From an uncultured Bacteroides sp. (lineage in GTDB: Bacteria > Bacteroidota > Bacteroidia > Bacteroidales > Muribaculaceae): a DNA stretch of 64,000 nt. This document shows positions 58,299 through 64,000 of this stretch, piece by piece (the first letter of the stretch is position 1; each line of letters opens with the position of its first letter). Location: contig CAZJEA010000001.1 of NCBI GenBank assembly GCA_964544895.1, forward strand, positions 9,475-73,474. Reading direction: 5' to 3'. The translations under genes and the position numbers were made by a program. The notes under the pieces are model-generated. The model ran no database searches, had not been told where the DNA came from, and was given only the letters and a program-made list of their open reading frames with translations.

Positions 58299-60845
58299 TT
58301 ATTCGCTGATAATCTCATAAACAGTTGCTGTTCCGTTTACAGCCACTGAAGTGGTTTTATCGTTGAGAGTAACTTTAGCAAAAGCAGAGTTGATTGGTGT
58401 AGTTGCCAAAACATTACCCTTTTTATCATATTCTACAAACTCAGCTTTTGTATCGTTACCAAGCAAGAATGTATATGCTTTCACTCCTGCAGCACGAGAG
58501 AATTTAATAGCATCGGTGCTGCGGAATGCTGTTGTCGGATTGCGGTCAAACGCTGCCAACGCTGCTTGCGAATCGCTCGCTGTGAGCGAGAAGCCCAGAT
58601 TTGCCAACGAGGGCGCATTAACTTTAAATGTACGAACTGAAGCCCAACTGCGTTTTTCCGACTCCAATTTGCGTATGCGAACATAACGAGCGTCTATGCC
58701 TTCGCCATTCCATTTAATATCGTATGTTTTAACCAAGGGCTCTGTAAGAGCTGTCCATGTTTTTCCATCGGCAGACACTTCCAAAATTGTATTATCAAAA
58801 TAGTCTACGTCATCAACAGAATTGCGACCTTGACGTATATCTATCTCGCTAACCTTATACACATCACGAAGATCTAGACCTATCCAGTCGCCTGTTTTTT
58901 GCGAAGTTGCTGATGTGTAGTAAGTGGTTGTATCGTTATCGAGCATCAACTTATCGAGATTTGTTGCGAGGTTGCGGAATGAACCTATGCCTCGGTAAAT
59001 TGTTGGCTGCTTACCGGTGAGTTTGGTGTAGAACGATGTCACCATGTCTGCCATAGCATTTTCGTAGAAAGGCTGCAACTTCATTGTTCCAGACTTATGT
59101 GCCTCATATGCAGCTTTGTCTTCGTCGCTCATGATATTTGCAACATAGCCGCTCCAGAATTTGCCCTGGTCGCCACTCTCATAAACTTTAATAAGATCGA
59201 GTGTGCGCAAGCCTCTTTCGCCAAGTTTGCTAAATTGTTCTAGCCACGGATGCAATTCATTAAGTAGTTGTTCATTGTCGCAATTTTGCTCCATGCGTTT
59301 ATGCACGGTAGTTACTTTAGCAAACTCTGCCTTGAGAGCATCAAATTGCGCTTGTGTATAGTTACCTATTCTAAATGTCTCTGTTTCCCACGATTCGTCA
59401 CGACGATAACCGGTTTCGGTATCAGCCGAATGTATAGCGAATGTGCGATACGCATCAGCACCCTTAGGCGCTCCAAGTAGTTCAAGGCCACGCTCCCAGT
59501 TGTCAATAGGATTGTAAGCACTCATGTTCCACGCATAATCAGACACACCATAAAGTGCTAACTTTGAGGCCTCGCCATGCTCCATTGGATTACTATGTAT
59601 GCCGATTACCTCATTGGCGGTGAGTGTCGTATCAAGACCGTAAACCGGACCTTGAAGTATGTAGTTGCGACAATAATCGCTGACAGGATAGTTCCACCAG
59701 AATAATGCCGGACGCTGTATTAGCTTATCAACAAAATCCATAGTGTCGTGGGTGAGGTCTGAACATACAACATCACCGGTATAATATACTTCTACCGATT
59801 TATTTAAATCTCTGCCATAAGTAGCTAACGAGCCTTGCTCTGTCGGATTTGCCCACGAACGTGAATAGTCGGTAGGACAAATAATGAGATTTGCTACATC
59901 GCCTTTAGCTTTCACAAAGTCATTGGTAATGTTATTGAGTAGCTCAACTTGTTTGTGCGGATTTGTACCCTCGCCTTCTATATCATCAAAGAATATAGCA
60001 AAAGCGCGAACGCCCAAGTCGTACATCATATTAAACTTGTTAAGCAAGCTATCATAATCGGCCTGATTCCAGCGTATATCTTTGCCCGGATGTATTGCCC
60101 AAGTGAAGTTCACGCGATTACGATTGCATGCTTCTACAAGCTCATGGATGTTTTTCGCTTGATCGGCTGGATAAGGTTGTCGCCAATTCGGTGAGCTGTG
60201 ATATGGATCATCCTTTGGACCATAAACATAGTTGTTCATTTTATTTTGTCCGTAGAAGTCTATCAATGACAAACGCACTTTGTGCGACCATGGTTCGCCA
60301 TAAAAACCTTCAACTACACCACGATATGCCATCGATGGATAATCATTAATTACCATATATGGCAACTTCCCGTCTTTTGCTTGATCACTCGCAAAAATCT
60401 GTCGCAAGGTTTGCAACCCATAAAAGGCACCGACTTCATCGTAGCCGACTATGCTAATACCCTTTTTATCTATCGTCAATGCATATGCACCCGAAATCTC
60501 TTTCACTGACGCCTTTTTTGCTACTTTTGCACCAAAGTCAATTGACAATTTCACACCTTTTGGCGCCTGCGCAACAAACTTCACATCTTTGTCAAACTTC
60601 TTTTGCTCATCTTTGATGGCAATACCGCCCGAAATATCAAGACGATTTTGAAAATCAACTTCAGCTGTTTGTGGCGTCGGATTAATAACAAGCCCTTTGT
60701 GATCTACCTTTTGGCCGGGAACACGGGCAAATACTTGCTTCTCTGATCGTTGCGACGTTAGGTCGAACGACTCTTGTGCATATGTCGAAGCTACACTTAA
60801 TGCTGCAAACGACAACGATAGCAGGAATTGCTTTGAAATATCCAT
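58299..60845 (-). CDS. GH84 beta-N-acetylglucosaminidase/hyaluronidase with F5/8 type C (CBM32-like) domain
   Basis: Signal peptide, RGVVEGFYG, YGPKDDPYH, WAIHPG, catalytic FFDDI, WWNYPV. C-terminal discoidin (WIGLDL, EVSADGKTW, ARYVRI). Confidence 0.92.
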   Translation of the reverse strand: MDISKQFLLSLSFAALSVASTYAQESFDLTSQRSEKQVFARVPGQKVDHKGLVINPTPQTAEVDFQNRLDISGGIAIKDEQKKFDKDVKFVAQAPKGVKLSIDFGAKVAKKASVKEISGAYALTIDKKGISIVGYDEVGAFYGLQTLRQIFASDQAKDGKLPYMVINDYPSMAYRGVVEGFYGEPWSHKVRLSLIDFYGQNKMNNYVYGPKDDPYHSSPNWRQPYPADQAKNIHELVEACNRNRVNFTWAIHPGKDIRWNQADYDSLLNKFNMMYDLGVRAFAIFFDDIEGEGTNPHKQVELLNNITNDFVKAKGDVANLIICPTDYSRSWANPTEQGSLATYGRDLNKSVEVYYTGDVVCSDLTHDTMDFVDKLIQRPALFWWNYPVSDYCRNYILQGPVYGLDTTLTANEVIGIHSNPMEHGEASKLALYGVSDYAWNMSAYNPIDNWERGLELLGAPKGADAYRTFAIHSADTETGYRRDESWETETFRIGNYTQAQFDALKAEFAKVTTVHKRMEQNCDNEQLLNELHPWLEQFSKLGERGLRTLDLIKVYESGDQGKFWSGYVANIMSDEDKAAYEAHKSGTMKLQPFYENAMADMVTSFYTKLTGKQPTIYRGIGSFRNLATNLDKLMLDNDTTTYYTSATSQKTGDWIGLDLRDVYKVSEIDIRQGRNSVDDVDYFDNTILEVSADGKTWTALTEPLVKTYDIKWNGEGIDARYVRIRKLESEKRSWASVRTFKVNAPSLANLGFSLTASDSQAALAAFDRNPTTAFRSTDAIKFSRAAGVKAYTFLLGNDTKAEFVEYDKKGNVLATTPINSAFAKVTLNDKTTSVAVNGTATVYEIISE

Positions 60846-60937
60846 GGAGTAATAATTAGTATATTATTAAGTTGTAATTGCAAATATACAGAAAATCTCG
60901 CGGATTTTTGGTAATTTTGTGCAAATAATTCATTGAC

Positions 60938-63073
60938 ATGAAACAGAAACTCGTATTAACGTTTTTATTTTTGACTGCTTTTATGGCAAACGCTCAAAAT
61001 CCTTTCTTTAAGCCGTTTGATACTAAACATCAAACTCCGCCTTTCTCTCAAATTAATAACAGCCACTGGATGGAGGCTGTTGACCATGGCATCGAAATTG
61101 CCAACGGCGAAATCAACAACATCACTTCTCAAAAAGAAGCCCCAAACTTCAACAACACCATCGTCGCTCTCGAAAATGTTGGCGCTGACCTTAACCGCGT
61201 GCTTAACGTCTTCTTCAACTTACTTGAAGCTAATTCTGACGACGAAATGATGCAACAATCTATTGACATCTCGGGTAAACTCAGCGACTACTCTACTTCT
61301 ATCATCCTAAACGAGGAGTTGTGGAAACGGGTGAAGACTGTCTTCGACAACCGCAATAACTACAACCTTGCCGCCGAAGACTCTATGCTCCTCCAAAAAA
61401 CTTACGACTCTTTCGCTCAATCTGGTGCTACTCTTGTGGGTGCCGACCGAGACGAGTTTAAAAAACTCAGCGCCGAGCTTTCTCAACTCACTAACCAATT
61501 CGGCAGAAACGTGCAAAAAGAGTTGCCTTCATACAAAATGTATCTCAAAAAGGACGACCTCAATGGCCTTCCCGAAAGCCAAATTGAAGCCGCTGCTCTT
61601 GCCGCCGAACAAGACGGTCACAAAGGTGAATATCTTTTCACCCTCGACGCCCCGGTTTATATGGCTTTCATGAAATACTCTGAGCGCCGTGACCTCCGCG
61701 AAAAAATGTATCGCATGTACAACGGTCGTAACATCTCCGGCGAATACTCTAACATCGACATCATTAAACGCATCACTGAGCTTCGTCGCGAGCTCGCTAA
61801 CCTGCTCGGCAAAGAAACTTATGCTGACAAAGCACTGGTTAACACCATGGCGCAAAAGTCGGAAAATGTTTACAACCTTCTCAATAGCTTGCGCGATGCT
61901 TACGCCCCCGCTGCTAAAAAAGAAATGGACGAACTTGCCGCTTTCGCCTCTAAATTAGAAGGCAAGAAAATGTCTATCATGCCTTGGGATTACAGCTTCT
62001 ATTCTAACAAACATCGTGCTGCAAAATACTCGTTCGACGAAGAAGCTATGCGCCCCTATTTCGAGCTCAGCAATGTTATTGACGGCGTGTTTGGACTCGC
62101 TACTCGCCTATATGGCCTTCACTTCAAAGCTGACCCCGAAATTGAAGTTTATCACCCCGATGTTACTGCTTACGAAGTCACCGACAACGACGGCAACTAC
62201 GTGGGCGTTCTTTATACTGACTTCTTCCCGCGCGCTTCTAAACGTCCGGGCGCTTGGATGACTAACTTCAAAGAACAATGGATTGAAGCTGACGGCACAA
62301 ACTCACGCCCTCACGTGAGCATTGTTATGAACTTTACAAAGCCCGTTGGCGACAAACCTTCATTGCTTACTCCCTACGAAATTGAAACTTTCTTACACGA
62401 ATTTGGTCACTCTCTGCACGGCTTGTTAGCAAATAGCAAATACCAATCACTCTCTGGCACTAACGTTTATCGCGATTTCGTTGAACTTCCGTCTCAATTC
62501 AACGAAAACTATCTCACCGAACGCGAATTCCTCGACACTTTCGCTAAACACTACATCACCGGCGAACCACTTCCCGACAACCTTGTAAAAGCGCTGATTG
62601 AGTCTAAACAATACGGTGCTGCATACTCTTGCATGCGCCAATTGCAATTCGGATACCTCGACATGGCTTGGCACTCTATAACTGCTCCGGTTGACGATCC
62701 AATCGCTTTCGAACGCGATGCCACTAAAAACGTACAAATGTTTGAACCCGTAGACGGATCTATGGTCTCTGCGCAATTCAGCCACATTTTCTCTGGCGGT
62801 TACGCTGCTGGCTACTACAGCTACAAATGGGCTGAAGTGCTCGACGCTGATGCTTTCGCTCAATTCAAGAAAAACGGTATATTCAACCCCGAAACTGCAA
62901 AATCATTCCGCGAGAATGTGCTTATGCGCGGCGGCACTGAAAATCCTGCCGATTTATATCGTCGCTTCCGCGGTGGCGATCCTACAATCGACGCTCTTCT
63001 CGAACGCGATGGCATCAAAGCTCCGAACAAAATCAAAGGTAACGGTGTTATTAAAGAAATACCAACCCATTAG
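60938..63073 (+). CDS. dcp: M3 family metallopeptidase (peptidyl-dipeptidase Dcp-like)
   Basis: Signal peptide, KRPGAWM, HEFGH zinc motif, DFVELPSQ, FSHIFSGGYAAGYYSY. -7 box TAATTTTG at 60912-60919. Confidence 0.9.
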   Translation: MKQKLVLTFLFLTAFMANAQNPFFKPFDTKHQTPPFSQINNSHWMEAVDHGIEIANGEINNITSQKEAPNFNNTIVALENVGADLNRVLNVFFNLLEANSDDEMMQQSIDISGKLSDYSTSIILNEELWKRVKTVFDNRNNYNLAAEDSMLLQKTYDSFAQSGATLVGADRDEFKKLSAELSQLTNQFGRNVQKELPSYKMYLKKDDLNGLPESQIEAAALAAEQDGHKGEYLFTLDAPVYMAFMKYSERRDLREKMYRMYNGRNISGEYSNIDIIKRITELRRELANLLGKETYADKALVNTMAQKSENVYNLLNSLRDAYAPAAKKEMDELAAFASKLEGKKMSIMPWDYSFYSNKHRAAKYSFDEEAMRPYFELSNVIDGVFGLATRLYGLHFKADPEIEVYHPDVTAYEVTDNDGNYVGVLYTDFFPRASKRPGAWMTNFKEQWIEADGTNSRPHVSIVMNFTKPVGDKPSLLTPYEIETFLHEFGHSLHGLLANSKYQSLSGTNVYRDFVELPSQFNENYLTEREFLDTFAKHYITGEPLPDNLVKALIESKQYGAAYSCMRQLQFGYLDMAWHSITAPVDDPIAFERDATKNVQMFEPVDGSMVSAQFSHIFSGGYAAGYYSYKWAEVLDADAFAQFKKNGIFNPETAKSFRENVLMRGGTENPADLYRRFRGGDPTIDALLERDGIKAPNKIKGNGVIKEIPTH

Positions 63074-63107
63074 GGCTCATGACATTTTTATATTAGCTAT
63101 CAATTTT

Positions 63108-63141
63108 GAGGTCGCAACTCCTTCCGGTTGCGACCTTTTTT
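63108..63141 (+). terminator. Terminator after dcp
   Basis: aggtcgcaac...gttgcgacct hairpin followed by a T-run. Confidence 0.82.
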
Positions 63142-63260
63142 CATGTCTCAGTAAATTTTTAGTAAACAAAAGAGCATCCAATGCATTCACGCATCAGATG
63201 CTCCATATCCATTATTCTTTAACTTTTACTACTACGTCTGTTTCAGATATTACGTTTTGT

Positions 63261-64000
63261 TTAGATGTTGCATATACGCCCTGACATAATTATTGTGCCG
63301 GTTTCAATATTGCGAATGAAGTAAAGGAATGGACGATCAAACGTGATTGTCTTAACATTTTCATCAGGTCCTGCACTTGCCACTCCGGAGATGACTGTCA
63401 CCGCTGCAGCAGTAGCTCCTTCTTCATATACTGACGTAAAAGTGCGCTGTTGTGTTGATAGACCGCAGGGAGTTGATATGCCGGCTTTGCTAAATTCAAC
63501 AGTAGTTGGCAAGCCAATACTCTCCAAAAGGTTGGTGAGAACGCTATTTTGCTCAATTGTAAAACGTGGTAAACTTAGCATCACTCGTGTTGAGGCGCGA
63601 CTCTCTGTTATAGCTTTCCATGTGCTATCGTCAAAGTTTTTCGAGAATGTGAAAATATCTTTGTCTGCATCCGGAAGTATGAAAATCATCTCTGCTTTCT
63701 CGTTTTTGAATGGTAACGAAACACCACAGCAATCATCTGTGTAGAAATAGCTTAGCGTTATTGCTCCTTTATGCATCATGCTCACTATTTCGTCGCCATT
63801 GCTGCCGTGGAATGTGGCGGTTGTGGTATTTTCCTTTTTGAATGGTGATGACCAATCACCTTGAAAATAGAGCGCGTTAAACAACATTATCTTTGTCTCC
63901 TCGCTAAGTGATGATACCACTTTCTTAATTTTATTGTTCGTCTTTTGGGCACACCATGAGTTCATCATGTCAACGGTCTCGGTTGACATGAAGTCGGCAC
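63261..64000 (-). CDS. Serpin (serine protease inhibitor), 5' end outside the window
   Basis: NALYFQGDW, LSLPRF, hinge EEGATAAAVT, FDRPFLYFI. The frame stays open to the window edge (...ADFMSTE). Confidence 0.9.
   Translation of the reverse strand, partial: ADFMSTETVDMMNSWCAQKTNNKIKKVVSSLSEETKIMLFNALYFQGDWSSPFKKENTTTATFHGSNGDEIVSMMHKGAITLSYFYTDDCCGVSLPFKNEKAEMIFILPDADKDIFTFSKNFDDSTWKAITESRASTRVMLSLPRFTIEQNSVLTNLLESIGLPTTVEFSKAGISTPCGLSTQQRTFTSVYEEGATAAAVTVISGVASAGPDENVKTITFDRPFLYFIRNIETGTIIMSGRICNI

Noticed and set aside
1-64000. tRNA, rRNA, IS transposase, integrase, prophage or invertible promoter
   Set aside because: None recognisable by eye. A covariance-model scan would be needed to exclude small RNAs or riboswitches in the longer intergenic gaps (13738-14119, 37645-37949, 48665-48881).

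Overview
A 64-kb chromosomal segment from a Bacteroidales (probably gut, Muribaculaceae-like) bacterium. The assignment rests on SusC/SusD, many TAnnTTTG (-7) promoter boxes, some paired with a TTTG (-33) box, and lipoproteins with acidic export signals. Housekeeping genes include sbcCD, nhaD, a DPP5-like peptidase, pyrBI, a U32/RlhA-like protein, class I fumarase, ssb, rfbD, prfC and dcp. Main points of interest: (1) an 11-gene, 16-kb peptidoglycan/MurNAc salvage operon (amidase-like, GT2, DUF4922, SpoIID, AmpG with an inserted soluble domain, NamZ, D-lactate dehydrogenase, MurT-like, MurK-like, MurQ, SGNH esterase) with a divergent, motif-degenerate kinase paralogue; (2) two unrelated AAA-DUF4143 ATPase-nuclease genes, each with a short tandem-repeat array butted against its own promoter; (3) a dispersed GTAG-type REP-like element with a 3x56-bp tandem derivative; (4) a three-gene DUF4493/PCMD lipoprotein cluster with type V pilin-like processing sites; (5) a reversal of G/C strand bias across the window, suggesting the replication terminus region. 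No rRNA, tRNA, transposase, integrase or true CRISPR array was seen. All family assignments come from motifs recognised by eye, not from database searches.
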